From Candidatus Aminicenantales bacterium (lineage in GTDB: Bacteria; Acidobacteriota; Aminicenantia; Aminicenantales; Saccharicenantaceae): a stretch of DNA of 64,000 nt. The DNA is taken from the NCBI GenBank assembly GCA_050015275.1, contig JBEKBS010000012.1, forward strand, positions 34,786 through 98,785, in the 5' to 3' direction. The position numbers and the translations under genes are program-made. Shown piece by piece: positions 10,450 to 20,260 of this stretch (its first letter is position 1; each line of letters opens with the position of its first letter). Under the pieces are notes generated by a model that was not told where the DNA came from, searched no databases, and worked only from the letters and a program-made list of their open reading frames with translations.

Positions 10450-11723
10450 CGGGCACTTCCGGTCCTATTGTATTTTTTTTTAGATATTTTGATAAGGTCT
10501 TTTCTCAGGATGTCCAGGGCCTTTTGCGACGACTGGAACTTGACCTGCTCGCGTCCGCCCCAAAAAACGTTCTTCTCGACGCTCACTCCGGCGGCCCGCG
10601 CCAGGGCGACGTAGACGAGGCCGACGGGTTTGCGCGCCGTCCCGCCGTCGGGGCCGGCGATGCCCGTGATCGCCAGGCCGTAATCGGAACCGGCAGTCCG
10701 CCTGATGCCGCGGGCCATGGCCCTGGCCACCTGCGCGCTGACGGCCCCATGTTCCTCGATCAAGGCCCGGGGCACCCCCAGCCGCCGGACTTTCGCCCGG
10801 TTTCCGTAGGCGACAGCGGACTCCAGGAAGTAGGCCGAACTTCCCGGGATGTTGGTCAGGCGGTGGGCGAGAAGTCCCCCCGTGCACGATTCCGCGCAGG
10901 CCAAGGTCAGCCCTTTTTCCCTCATCAGCGTCCCGACGGCGGACTCAAGGCTTTCCCCGCCCGTGGAATAGATCCATGGCCCGAGCCGGGCGGCGAGCCT
11001 TTTCTGAAGGGCGTCCAGAAGAGGGACAGAAACAGAGGCCGGGGCGTTCCCCTGATAAACGAGATGGATGGCCAGGTCGCCCGGGCTCGCCAGCGTCGTG
11101 ACCGTGACGCCGGGAGGCAGCTTGCCGTATACGTCTTTGATCCGGCTCTCCATCAGGGATTCGCCGATCCCCGTCAATCTCATGATCCGGCGCATGGTGC
11201 CGCCCTTCACGAAGGACCTCAGCCGGGGCACGACATGGTGGTCGAACATGGGCTTGAGCTCGTGGGGGGGGCCCGGCAAAAGGGCGATCCGGCGGCCCGA
11301 CGTCTCGATCCAGAGGCCGGGAGCCGTCCCGTTCGGGTTCTCCAGGATCTCCGCGCCCTCGATCACGTAGCTCTGCTTACGGTTCGTCGCGGACATGCGC
11401 AGGCCGCGGCGGTGGAAGCGCCGCCTGATCCCGGCCAGGATCCGGGCATTGAAGATGAGCTTCCGGCCGAGAGCCCGGGCAAAGGCTTCGCGGGTCCGGT
11501 CGTCCTCGGTCGGGCCCAGGCCGCCCATGGCGATGACGAGGGTCGACCGCCCGAGCGCTGTCCTGATGGCCCGTCCAAGGTCGCTATCGTCGTCCCCGAC
11601 CAGGGTCTTGAACGAAACGCCCAGGCCGAGGTCGTTCAGGCGCTCGGTCAGGAATAGGGAGTTGGTGTCCTGGAAAAAAGGGGTCAGGAGCTCGCTGCCG
11701 ACGGCGATGATCTCGGTTCTCAT
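10446..11723 (-). CDS. cinA: CinA family protein (MoCF-like domain + nicotinamide-nucleotide amidohydrolase PncC domain)
   Basis: 425 aa with an N-terminal IIAVGSELL.. MoCF-type domain and a C-terminal ESCTGGLLA motif. Confidence 0.85.
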   Translation of the reverse strand: MRTEIIAVGSELLTPFFQDTNSLFLTERLNDLGLGVSFKTLVGDDDSDLGRAIRTALGRSTLVIAMGGLGPTEDDRTREAFARALGRKLIFNARILAGIRRRFHRRGLRMSATNRKQSYVIEGAEILENPNGTAPGLWIETSGRRIALLPGPPHELKPMFDHHVVPRLRSFVKGGTMRRIMRLTGIGESLMESRIKDVYGKLPPGVTVTTLASPGDLAIHLVYQGNAPASVSVPLLDALQKRLAARLGPWIYSTGGESLESAVGTLMREKGLTLACAESCTGGLLAHRLTNIPGSSAYFLESAVAYGNRAKVRRLGVPRALIEEHGAVSAQVARAMARGIRRTAGSDYGLAITGIAGPDGGTARKPVGLVYVALARAAGVSVEKNVFWGGREQVKFQSSQKALDILRKDLIKISKKKYNRTGSAR

Positions 11724-11737
11724 GGCCCCGAACGACC

Positions 11738-12187
11738 TCAGATCCAGATAAGGAGAAGATGGACGATAATTCCTGCGGCGAGTCCCGCTCCGGCGTCATC
11801 GGCCATGATCCCCCAGCCCCCCGGGAACTTCTCCAGCCTCCGGATCGGACCGGGCTTGATGATATCAAAAAAGCGAAAGAAAACAAACGCCAGGACCATC
11901 GGCAGCCAGCGCGAAGGAACGAGGAAGAGGGCCAGGAACTGCCCGAAGGCCTCGTCGATGACGATCCGCTGCGGGTCGGCTTGGCCGAGCTCGGCGGCAT
12001 AAACGGTGGAAACCGCGTGTCCGACGACAAAGAGGGCCAGAAGGAAAAGCAGATACCAGGGCCAGGAAAGGCCGTGGATGGCCAGCCGGTAGAGGACGAG
12101 GGCCGCCGCGCTCGCGGCCGTTCCGGGGGCCTTGGGAAAGAACCCGATGCCGAAGAACGTGGACAGGATTCTGCTGAGGATTTTCAT
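11738..12187 (-). CDS. pgpA: phosphatidylglycerophosphatase A
   Basis: 149 aa membrane protein. [12 protein letters not shown] and [12 protein letters not shown] resemble PgpA signature segments. Confidence 0.8.
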   Translation of the reverse strand: MKILSRILSTFFGIGFFPKAPGTAASAAALVLYRLAIHGLSWPWYLLFLLALFVVGHAVSTVYAAELGQADPQRIVIDEAFGQFLALFLVPSRWLPMVLAFVFFRFFDIIKPGPIRRLEKFPGGWGIMADDAGAGLAAGIIVHLLLIWI

Positions 12188-13509
12188 GGAACGAACCTTC
12201 CTTGGAGATCGTAGGGGCCAGCCGACCGGATCCTCGCTCTGATGATGGCGGCCGGAGCCGACGTCCCGAAACGGCGCCCGGGGGGCGAAATGAGGACCCT
12301 GCCGTCGACCTCCGGGGCCTGGAACCGTGCCCTTGCGGCGAGGGCGCGGCTGCCCGGCCCGGCCGGGCCTTCGACCAGGACGTCCAAGACTTTGCCGACG
12401 TACGACTTGTTCCTCTCCAAGGACAGCTCCGCCTGGAGGAGCATGAGCTCGGCCCGCCGTCCTTTTTTTTCCTCGCGCCCGGCCGTTTCAGGGAGGCCGT
12501 ACGAGTCCGTCCCACTCTCCGGAGAATACGTGAACACGCCGAGATGGTCGAACCGTGCTTCTTCGACGAACCGTTTGAGGGAGCGGAATTCCTTCCGCCC
12601 TTCGCCGGGGAACCCGACGATGAGGGATGTCCTGACCGCGACACCCGGGACCCTGGCCCGGATCTTCGCCAAAAGGCGGAGGGCCCTCGCCCCGTCCAGG
12701 CCCCTTTTCATGGCCTTGACCAAAGCCGGATCGGAGTGCTGGAAGGGGATGTCCAGGTACCGGCAGACCTTTTTTTCGTTCATGATGTCGAGCAGGGCAT
12801 CCGTGACCTCATCGGGATAGCCGTAGAGAAAGCGGACCCACTCGATCCCGTCCACCCGGATGAGGCGCTCGAGGAGTTTCACCAGTCCGTCCCGCGTCCC
12901 GCGGTCCCGGCCGTAGAACGTCGTGTCATGCGAGACGAGGTCGATTTCCCTGACGCCGAGACCGGACAGGACCCGGACCTCCCGCAGGATGGACGCCATG
13001 CTCCGGGAGAAATAGCGGCCCTTGATGAGGGGGATGGAACAGAACCCGCAACGGTGGGAACAGCCTTCCGAGATCTTGACGTAGGCCCACGTCGTGGGCG
13101 TCGTTACGACGCGCGGGGAAGCGTCGGAATAGAGGAACGTCCGGTCGGGGCGCGAACCCGGGCGTCCCTCCAACACCTCCGAGATCCGGTCGAAGCTCCG
13201 GACGCCCGTCCAGGCATCGACTTCCGGGAAACGCAGCCGGAGGCGGGCCTCGTCCCTCTCGACGTAGCACCCCGCCACGACGATCCTTTTCCGCGGGTCC
13301 TTCCGCTTGAGAAGGAGGGCGCTCTCGAGGGTCTCCTCGGCCTCGTCGCGCGCCGGCTGGATGAAGCCGCAGGTGTTGACGACGATGATATCCGCCGACC
13401 CGGGGCGGTCGACGAACGAGTAGCCCGACCTCTTGAGGACGCCCAGCATGACTTCGCTGTCCACCAGGTTCTTGGCGCAGCCGAGGCTGATGAGGGCTAT
13501 CTTTTTCAT
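12184..13509 (-). CDS. rimO: ribosomal protein S12 methylthiotransferase (radical SAM)
   Basis: The internal ATG at 13509 opens [19 protein letters not shown] (UPF0004 domain). It also has the radical-SAM CSHRCGFC motif and a C-terminal TRAM-like domain. No stop codon separates it from the upstream asnS-like sequence. Confidence 0.85.
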   Translation of the reverse strand: MKKIALISLGCAKNLVDSEVMLGVLKRSGYSFVDRPGSADIIVVNTCGFIQPARDEAEETLESALLLKRKDPRKRIVVAGCYVERDEARLRLRFPEVDAWTGVRSFDRISEVLEGRPGSRPDRTFLYSDASPRVVTTPTTWAYVKISEGCSHRCGFCSIPLIKGRYFSRSMASILREVRVLSGLGVREIDLVSHDTTFYGRDRGTRDGLVKLLERLIRVDGIEWVRFLYGYPDEVTDALLDIMNEKKVCRYLDIPFQHSDPALVKAMKRGLDGARALRLLAKIRARVPGVAVRTSLIVGFPGEGRKEFRSLKRFVEEARFDHLGVFTYSPESGTDSYGLPETAGREEKKGRRAELMLLQAELSLERNKSYVGKVLDVLVEGPAGPGSRALAARARFQAPEVDGRVLISPPGRRFGTSAPAAIIRARIRSAGPYDLQGRFVP

Positions 13510-14676
13510 GAACGGCCCGACGTCGCACCACTCATAGGCCTCCCGGGGCAGGTTGTGCTCCTTGAGCCGCTGCTCGAGAAGGACGAGGTCATGGATGCGT
13601 TGTCCTCCGCCGATGATCTCACCGTAGCCTTCCGAGGCCAAGAAATCCACGCCGAGGACGACGTCCGGCCTGTCCGGTGCCGGCTGCATGTAGAAAGCCT
13701 TGATGGCCGTCGGGAAATGCGTGACGCAGACCGGCGAATCGTAGATCTCAGAGATGATGGTCTCCTCGGGCGCTCCGAAATCGCCGCCCCATTCTATGGC
13801 CGAGCCCTTTTCCCGGAGGATGGGAACGGCCTGGTCATAGGTCAGGCGGGGGAAAGGTTTCTTGATATTTTCAAGCGGCTTCGTGTCGCGTTCGAGGACC
13901 TCGAATTCCTGTTTGCGTTTCGCCAGGACCCGCTCGAGGATGAAGAGGATGAGGTCTTCGCCGAGCTCGATGGTGTCGGCGAGGGTGGCGAAAGCGACCT
14001 CGGGCTCGACCATCCAGAATTCGATGAGATGGCGCCTCGTCTTGGACTTTTCGGCCCGGAAGGTCGGCCCGAAGCAATAGACCTTCCCGAAGGCCATGGC
14101 CGTCGCCTCGTTGTAGAGCTGGCCGCTCTGGCTGAGGTAGGCTTTCTGGTCGAAGTACTCGGTCTCGAAAAGCGTCGTCGTTCCCTCACAAGCGCTGGGC
14201 GTGAGGATCGGGGTGTCCATCACCCGGAACCCGCGGTCGTCGAAGAAATCCCGGATGGCCTTAATGACCTCGGACCGAACCCTCAGAGTGGCGTGCTGCT
14301 TCGCGGAGCGGAGCCAGAGGTGGCGGTGTTCCATGAGGAAGGGGGTGCTGTGTTCCTTGGGCGTGATGGGGTAATCCCGGGCGACCTGGACGACCTCGAT
14401 GTCCGAGAGGCCGAGCTCGTACCCGCCCGGCGCCCGCTTGTCTTCCCGGACGCGCCCCCGGATGATGACCGAGGATTCCTGGGTCAGCTCGTCGAACTTC
14501 CGGAACAGGGGATGGTCTTTCTCGGCGCTGAAGACCGTGGACTGGATGATCCCGGTGCCGTCACGGATGAGGAGGAAGCGGACCTTCCCCGAGGAGCGCT
14601 TGTGGTAGACCCAGCCCCGAACCTCGACGTCCTGGCCGTCGTACCGGGCGATGTCTTCGACGTAGGCCCATTTCAT
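13510..14676 (-). pseudogene. asnS: asparagine--tRNA ligase lacking its C-terminal ~45 aa (class II motif 3), read in frame into rimO
   Basis: The OB-fold anticodon-binding N-terminus ([24 protein letters not shown]) and motif 2 ([21 protein letters not shown]) are present. The sequence stops resembling AsnRS after ..LPREAYEW and runs [17 protein letters not shown]. No GFGxGxER motif 3 and no stop codon are present. Confidence 0.7.
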
Positions 14677-14812
14677 AATGCGTCAATTATAAGAGAATAC
14701 GGCCATTTAATCAATTTCGATTCATCCTGACCTGGATCTGGAGCCCGCAGACTCGGAGGGGGTCGTGGCTTCCTGCGCAGCCGGGGATGTGTTATAAGAT
14801 CTAAAGAGAGGG

Positions 14813-15358
14813 ATGATGGCTCTGCCGAAGCCTTTTTCGCCCGTCAAGCTCATCTGCGGAGTCATCTTCGGGGACGAATCTCTCTATGAGCGGGCGAAGA
14901 GCCTTCTCGTCGGGGTCCACGGTCCCGTGGATCTCGAGAGCCTATCCTTTGATTTCGACTTCACGGACTATTACGAAAAAGACATGGGCCCCGGACTGAA
15001 AAGGCGCTTCATGAGCTTTGCCAAGCTGACCGGACCCGAGAAGCTGGCTGCGATCAAGGTCGAGACCAACGGCTTCGAGGAACGGCTCCGGGGCGAGGCG
15101 GGGAAGGGGCTCCGGGCGGTCAACCTCGACCCCGGCTATCTCACGGCCTCGGCCCTGGTCATGGCTACGGCCAAAGACTTCTCCCACCGGATCCCCCTGG
15201 CCCTCGGGATCTACGCCCACCTCGAGTTCCTGTTCACGAAAACGGATGTGCGATTCCTGGATTGGACCTATCCGGACCTAAGACAAGACGGCTGCAAGCG
15301 TTTTTTTCTTGAAGTCCGGAGAACTTATCTCGCCCAACTCAAGGATCTGCCAGGATGA
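14813..15358 (+). CDS. DUF4416 family protein
   Basis: 181 aa. PVKLICGVIF...FDFTDYYEKDMGP matches my recollection of DUF4416 proteins. The function is unknown. Confidence 0.6.
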   Translation: MMALPKPFSPVKLICGVIFGDESLYERAKSLLVGVHGPVDLESLSFDFDFTDYYEKDMGPGLKRRFMSFAKLTGPEKLAAIKVETNGFEERLRGEAGKGLRAVNLDPGYLTASALVMATAKDFSHRIPLALGIYAHLEFLFTKTDVRFLDWTYPDLRQDGCKRFFLEVRRTYLAQLKDLPG

Positions 15359-15464
15359 CGTTTCGACGGGCCTGAGAGGCGCAGGGAGACCCTAGAGCCA
15401 TCCATGACTCGAGGGGGCGGAAGGCCCGGTGTGGCCGGCCGGCGGGAATGAGGACCCGGGCGGT

Positions 15465-16619
15465 TCAGTCCTCCGGGTTGAAGGCCGTGATCTTCCTCAA
15501 TTTTTCGATGATCTCGGGAAGCTCCTTGAGCACCGTGGCCACGTCTCCATCGCCGTTCAAACGGCCGAGGGACATCCGGATGCATGACCGGGCGATTTCC
15601 GGCCTCAGGCCGATGGCCGTGAGGACATGGGAGACCTCTTCCGACTCCTCGCTGCAGGCCGAGCCGGTCGAGACATAGATCTCCTTAGTGGCTAGCGAGA
15701 GGAGGATGGCCTCGGCCTCGAGGCCTGGGAAAGCGAAGTTGAGCGTGCTCTTGACCCGGTTCGTGGGGTGTCCGTTGAAGCGGACCCGAGGGATCTTCTC
15801 CTCGACGCCCTTCTTGAGGGTTTCAGCCAGCCCTTCGATGCGGGGCCTGTCCTTTCTTCCCCGGTTCTCGAGGACCCGGACGGCCTCGCCGAAACCCACG
15901 ATCCCGGACGTGTTCTCCGTCCCCGCCCTCAGTCGCCGCTCCTGGTGCCCGCCGTGCAAGTAGGGGTGGATGTTCATCCCTTTCTTGATGTAAAGGGCGC
16001 CGATACCCTTCGGGCCGTAGACCTTGTGGGCCGAGACCGTGAGAAGGTCGATGCCGAGCTTCCGGACGTCGACCTCGATCTTGCCGAAGGTCTGGACCGC
16101 GTCGGTGTGGACCGGAACGCCCTTCTCGTGGGCGATCTCCGCGATCCTCTCAATGGGCTGGATCGTCCCGATCTCGTTGCTGGCGTGCATGACCGAAACG
16201 AGGGCCGTCCGGGGGGTCAGGGCGTCGCGCAGGGCCTCCAGGTCCACCGTCCCGTAGGAATCCACGGGAAGATACGTGACCTTGACGTCCCTCTTTTCCA
16301 GGTACCTGGCGGATTCCAGGACCGCCGGATGTTCGATCGCCGAGACGACCAGCTCGTCGCGCTCCGGGAGGGCGTTCAGGGTCCCGAAGACCGCGAAATT
16401 ATCGGCCTCGGTCCCGGAGCCGGTGAAAAAGATCTCCCCGCGTTCGGCCCCGAGGGCCTCCGCAACCCGCTCCCTCGCTTCGTTCAGGAGTTCCTTGACC
16501 TTCCGGCCGATAGGGTAGAGTGAGGACGGGTTCCCGAAATACTCTTTCAAGAACCAGTACATTTTATCGGCGACGGCCGGGTCGACCGGTGTCGTGGCGT
16601 TATGGTCGAGATATATCAT
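15465..16619 (-). CDS. nifS: cysteine desulfurase (NifS/IscS class V aminotransferase fold)
   Basis: MIYLDHNATTP start, PLP-lysine motif SAHKVYGPKG and the active-site Cys loop STGSACSE. Confidence 0.9.
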   Translation of the reverse strand: MIYLDHNATTPVDPAVADKMYWFLKEYFGNPSSLYPIGRKVKELLNEARERVAEALGAERGEIFFTGSGTEADNFAVFGTLNALPERDELVVSAIEHPAVLESARYLEKRDVKVTYLPVDSYGTVDLEALRDALTPRTALVSVMHASNEIGTIQPIERIAEIAHEKGVPVHTDAVQTFGKIEVDVRKLGIDLLTVSAHKVYGPKGIGALYIKKGMNIHPYLHGGHQERRLRAGTENTSGIVGFGEAVRVLENRGRKDRPRIEGLAETLKKGVEEKIPRVRFNGHPTNRVKSTLNFAFPGLEAEAILLSLATKEIYVSTGSACSEESEEVSHVLTAIGLRPEIARSCIRMSLGRLNGDGDVATVLKELPEIIEKLRKITAFNPED

Positions 16620-16625
16620 GGGTCC

Positions 16626-16654
16626 ATTTTAGCAGAACGGCGGCTCCGCGTAAA
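16626..16654 (-). promoter_or_regulatory. candidate promoter TTTACG-N17-TAAAAT, placing the TSS at or next to the nifS ATG (leaderless)
   Basis: On the minus strand, TTTACG is at 16654-16649, followed by a 17-nt spacer and TAAAAT at 16631-16626. The A of the ATG (16619) is 7 nt downstream, and there is no SD between them. Confidence 0.4.
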
Positions 16655-16790
16655 AGGAAGCCGGGAGATCTAAGAAAAATAGCGCCCTTCCTAATAACTA
16701 AGGGAGCGGCCGGCGCGGCCCTAAAAACCGCGATCGGGATGGCAAGCCGCTCCTCCCACTCCCGATTATCCTGCGTGAGTTCGGACGACG

Positions 16791-17696
16791 TCAGCCGAGC
16801 TTCTCTCTGAGGATCTTAACGACCTCCAGCCCGGCCCTTCTCTGGCCCTCGATGGCCGCCGCCCCGAGGTGGGGGATGGGGGTCACGTTCGGGTGGTCGA
16901 CCAGCGAAAAGTCCTCGGGGGGCTCCTTGTCGTAAACGTCCAGGGCTGCGGCCCGGACCTTGCCCGAAATGAGGCCGTTGAGCAGGGCCTTCTCGTCGAC
17001 GACGCCGCCCCGGGCCACGTTGATGATGATGGCCCCGTCCTTCATCTTCTTGAACTCGGCTTCTCCGAGGATCGGCTTGGGCTGCTTGGGTACGTGGACG
17101 GTGATGAGGTCCGCCACGGCCAGGAGCTCGTCGAGCGGGACCTGCTTGACCGCCAGGTCGGTCTTGATCGGGATGACGTCGTAGGCCACGACCTTCATCC
17201 CGAAGGCGATGGCCCGCCGGGCGACCTCGATCCCGATCCGGCCGCAGCCGATGATCCCGAGCGTCTTGCCGAAGAGCTCCGTCCCCTCCAGGCTCTTTTT
17301 GTCCCACTTGTGCTGCTTCATGGACAGGACGGCCTTCCCGTGGTTGCGGACGACCCCGAGCATGAGCCCGAAGGTGTGCTCGGCCACCGAGATCGACGTC
17401 GCCGCCGGCGTGTTGGCCACGGCGACCCCCTTCTCCTTGGCCGCGGCGCCGTCGATGTTGTCGAGGCCGATGCCGGCCCGGACGAGGAGCTTGAGGTCTT
17501 TGCCGGCCTCGATGACGGGCCGCGTCACTTTCGTCGCGCTCCGGACGACGATCGCCTGGAATCCGGGCACGAGCTGGACGAGATCGGCCTCGCCCAGGCC
17601 CGTTTTGACGGTGACATCAAAGCCGGGGATGGCCCTCATCGCGTCGAGGGCCTCTTTGTCCATGGAATCGGCGACCAGGATCTTTGTCATTGCCAT
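16791..17696 (-). CDS. serA: D-3-phosphoglycerate dehydrogenase, short form without ACT domain (D-2-hydroxyacid dehydrogenase family)
   Basis: 301 aa with the NAD motif GIIGCGRIGIEVA and a catalytic His region (PHLGAAA). It sits adjacent to an aminotransferase. Confidence 0.75.
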   Translation of the reverse strand: MAMTKILVADSMDKEALDAMRAIPGFDVTVKTGLGEADLVQLVPGFQAIVVRSATKVTRPVIEAGKDLKLLVRAGIGLDNIDGAAAKEKGVAVANTPAATSISVAEHTFGLMLGVVRNHGKAVLSMKQHKWDKKSLEGTELFGKTLGIIGCGRIGIEVARRAIAFGMKVVAYDVIPIKTDLAVKQVPLDELLAVADLITVHVPKQPKPILGEAEFKKMKDGAIIINVARGGVVDEKALLNGLISGKVRAAALDVYDKEPPEDFSLVDHPNVTPIPHLGAAAIEGQRRAGLEVVKILREKLG

Positions 17697-18832
17697 CTCT
17701 CCTTGAGGACGGCCTGGGCGGCCGTGACGCCGCTCCCGGCCTCGAACTTGTAGCCGAGCTCCGCCAGGGTCATCTCCAATGCGGACAGGGCCGTGATGAT
17801 GTCGAACCCGCCCATGTAGCCGAGATGGGCGATGCGGAAGAACTTGCCTTTTTGCGGGTCCTGGGCCCCGGCGATGTAGGCCATGTACTTGGCCTGCATC
17901 GTCTTGACGATCTTGCCGCCCTCGATCCCCGCGGGAGTCTTGACGGCGGTCAGGATGTTGCCAGGCTTCTGGGCCAGGAGCTCCAGCCCGAGGGCCTTGA
18001 CCCCTGCCCGGGTGGCATCGCCCAGGGTCCGGTGATGCTCATAGAGCTGTTCGAGGCCCATGCTCTGGATGATATCGAGGGCCTTTTTCTGCTGGATGAC
18101 GAGCGAAACGGCCGGGGTCCAGGGGGTCGTCTTGTCGGCCAGGTTCTTGCGGGCTTTTTTGAGGTCGAAATAGAACCTGGGGCATTTGGCCGTTTCGACA
18201 AGCTTCCAGGCCTTGGGGCCGACGGCGATGTACGCCAGACCGGGCGGGATCATGAAGGACTTCTGGGACCCGGAAACCATGACATCGACCTTCCATTCGT
18301 CCATCGGGCAGGGGGTCGCGCCCGTGCCGGAGATGCCGTCGACGACGAGGACGGCCTCGGTCCGGGAGACGACCTCGCCGAAGCCCCGGACATCGAAGAT
18401 GGCCCCCGTTGAGGTCTCGGACAGTTGGCAGAAGATTGCCTTGATGCCCGGCGTGGACTTGATCTCCGCCTCGAGCTCCTCTTTGGTGTAGTCCTTGCCC
18501 CATTCGACGACGATTTCCTTGTGGGCGATGCCGTAGGCCTTGCAGATGTTCCCCCAGCGCTCGCCGAACTTGCCGGCGTTGATGGTCAGGGCCTTGTCGC
18601 CGGGGGACAGGAGGTTGGCCACGGCGGCCTCCATGGCCCCCGTGCCCGAGGACGTCAGGATGTAGACGTCCTCCTTGGTCCCGAAGACGTACTTGAGCCC
18701 TTCGGTCGTCTCCATGAAGATCTTGGAGAACTCGGGCGTCCGGTGATGAATGATCGGCTCAGCCGCGACGGAGAGAACATTCTCCGGAACGGGAGTCGGT
18801 CCGGGCGAGAGAAGATAGTATTTCTTGATCAT
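17687..18832 (-). CDS. class V aminotransferase (serine-pyruvate/phosphoserine aminotransferase-like)
   Basis: I place the start at ATG 18832 (MIKKYYLLSPGPTPVP), preceded by AGGAGG. The PLP-lysine motif is SGSQKSFMIPPG. It overlaps serA by 10 nt. Confidence 0.8.
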   Translation of the reverse strand: MIKKYYLLSPGPTPVPENVLSVAAEPIIHHRTPEFSKIFMETTEGLKYVFGTKEDVYILTSSGTGAMEAAVANLLSPGDKALTINAGKFGERWGNICKAYGIAHKEIVVEWGKDYTKEELEAEIKSTPGIKAIFCQLSETSTGAIFDVRGFGEVVSRTEAVLVVDGISGTGATPCPMDEWKVDVMVSGSQKSFMIPPGLAYIAVGPKAWKLVETAKCPRFYFDLKKARKNLADKTTPWTPAVSLVIQQKKALDIIQSMGLEQLYEHHRTLGDATRAGVKALGLELLAQKPGNILTAVKTPAGIEGGKIVKTMQAKYMAYIAGAQDPQKGKFFRIAHLGYMGGFDIITALSALEMTLAELGYKFEAGSGVTAAQAVLKERWQ

Positions 18833-18947
18833 GTTTCCTCCTTGGAATGGGCTGCGCACATCCTAAAAAAAGGAGATGCCGTCATCGCGTATAGTTTCAT
18901 AAAACCCCGAAGGCTATAATTTAACAGAACGTCCGTCATCTGGTCAA

Positions 18948-20078
18948 TCATAGGTCCGTCAAAAGCCTGGTCAAGAGGGCCGTGCGCTCGATGAGCGAGC
19001 CGAGGAGAATATGCTCGTGCTCGGCATGGATCCCGTCGCCGTCGGGCCCCAGCCCGTCCAGGGTCGGGATCCCCAGGCCGGCGGCGATCGAAGCGTCCGA
19101 GCCGCCGCCTGTCTTCCCTCCCTTCAGGGACAGGCCGATCGAGGCGGCGATCTCGCCGGCCTCGCCGAAGAGACGGGCCGAGGCCTTCGTCTTTTCCATG
19201 GGCGGTGTCGTGCTCTCGACCGAGAACTTGAGATGGGCCCCCCGGAGGGCGGGCTTCATCTCCCTGACGGTCCTCATGACCCTCTCCCGGTCCAAGGCCT
19301 TCCAAAAGCGGATGTCCAGGACGGCCCAGGCGTTTTCGGCGACGATGTTGGCCTTGTCCCCGCCGCCGGCTTGCCCGATATTGACGGTCGTTTCGCCGGC
19401 CCTCAGCTTTTTCAGCCGCTGGAGCTGGATCGCGAGCTCCTCGATGGCGTTGACCCCCTTTTCAGGTGTCCCGCCGTGGGCCGCCCGCCCGCGGACGTCC
19501 AGCCTGAGGACGAGCCGGCCCTTGCGCTCGAGCTTCAGGGCTCCGCCCGGAAGGGCGGGTTCGAGGCAGAGGACAAGGGAGGCCCGCTTGGCCATCCGGC
19601 GGACGACCTCGTAGGCGGCGCCATGCCCGGTTTCCTCGGCGGAGTTGATGAAGATGTTGATCCGCTTGCGCGGCTTGAGGCTCAGGCTCCGCATCGTGGC
19701 CAAAGCGGAAACGAGCATGACCAGTCCGGATTTCATGTCCAGGACGCCGGGCCCGAAAAGCTTGTTCCCGGAGATGTAAAAAGGCATCCTGGCGATCTTC
19801 CCCACGGGCCAGACCGTGTCGATGTGGGTCAGGACCAGGATCTCGTCGTCGGCGTCCTTGACCCGGCCCGGCGCATATTCGATCATGGTGAGGTCGCCGA
19901 TATCCTTTTGGGGAAGTGTCTCGACCTTGCAGCCGAGCTTGCGGAATTGCCCGGCGGCGAAGGCCGAGCAGGCGTCGACCGCCTTCTTGTCGTCCGTCGG
20001 AGACTCCAGGGACGTGAGCTGTTTCAGGAGATGGACCATCTCCCCCTGCCTGGAACGGAAATAGAGCGGAAAATCCAT
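18948..20078 (-). CDS. M20 family metallopeptidase (glutamate carboxypeptidase / CPG2-like)
   Basis: Motifs HIDTVWP, GPGVLDMKSG and NSAEETGH (metal ligands of M20), plus a C-terminal GGSDAS. Confidence 0.8.
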   Translation of the reverse strand: MDFPLYFRSRQGEMVHLLKQLTSLESPTDDKKAVDACSAFAAGQFRKLGCKVETLPQKDIGDLTMIEYAPGRVKDADDEILVLTHIDTVWPVGKIARMPFYISGNKLFGPGVLDMKSGLVMLVSALATMRSLSLKPRKRINIFINSAEETGHGAAYEVVRRMAKRASLVLCLEPALPGGALKLERKGRLVLRLDVRGRAAHGGTPEKGVNAIEELAIQLQRLKKLRAGETTVNIGQAGGGDKANIVAENAWAVLDIRFWKALDRERVMRTVREMKPALRGAHLKFSVESTTPPMEKTKASARLFGEAGEIAASIGLSLKGGKTGGGSDASIAAGLGIPTLDGLGPDGDGIHAEHEHILLGSLIERTALLTRLLTDL

Positions 20079-20260
20079 TGTGGCCCTCCAGCTGAATTGA
20101 GAAATACTAATTTATCACACCTCGGCGGGAATTTCACGAAGATTCAAACATACGGGAAGGCGGCTGTCCGCCTCACCGAGGGCCGCGCCGTCCTTGATTT
20201 CGGCCGCGGTTTCCCTTAAATTACGTTTTGGGCAACCCGGCCGACCAGGGTCCGAATAGA

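Noticed and set aside
12202-14730. 842-aa plus-strand ORF. Similar very long ORFs lie antisense to recognised genes: 20216-22582, 30576-32594, 40145-41734, 58345-60099, 35071-36267, 27473-28573, 24100-25044, 6079-7308 and 4920-6107.
   Set aside because: Each lies opposite a gene with clear family motifs (AsnRS/RimO, GH63, GH57, RlmI, Lon and others). Their translations are low-complexity R/P/G/D/E/L-rich strings with no recognisable motifs. In GC-rich DNA, stop codons are rare in antisense frames, so these are shadow ORFs.
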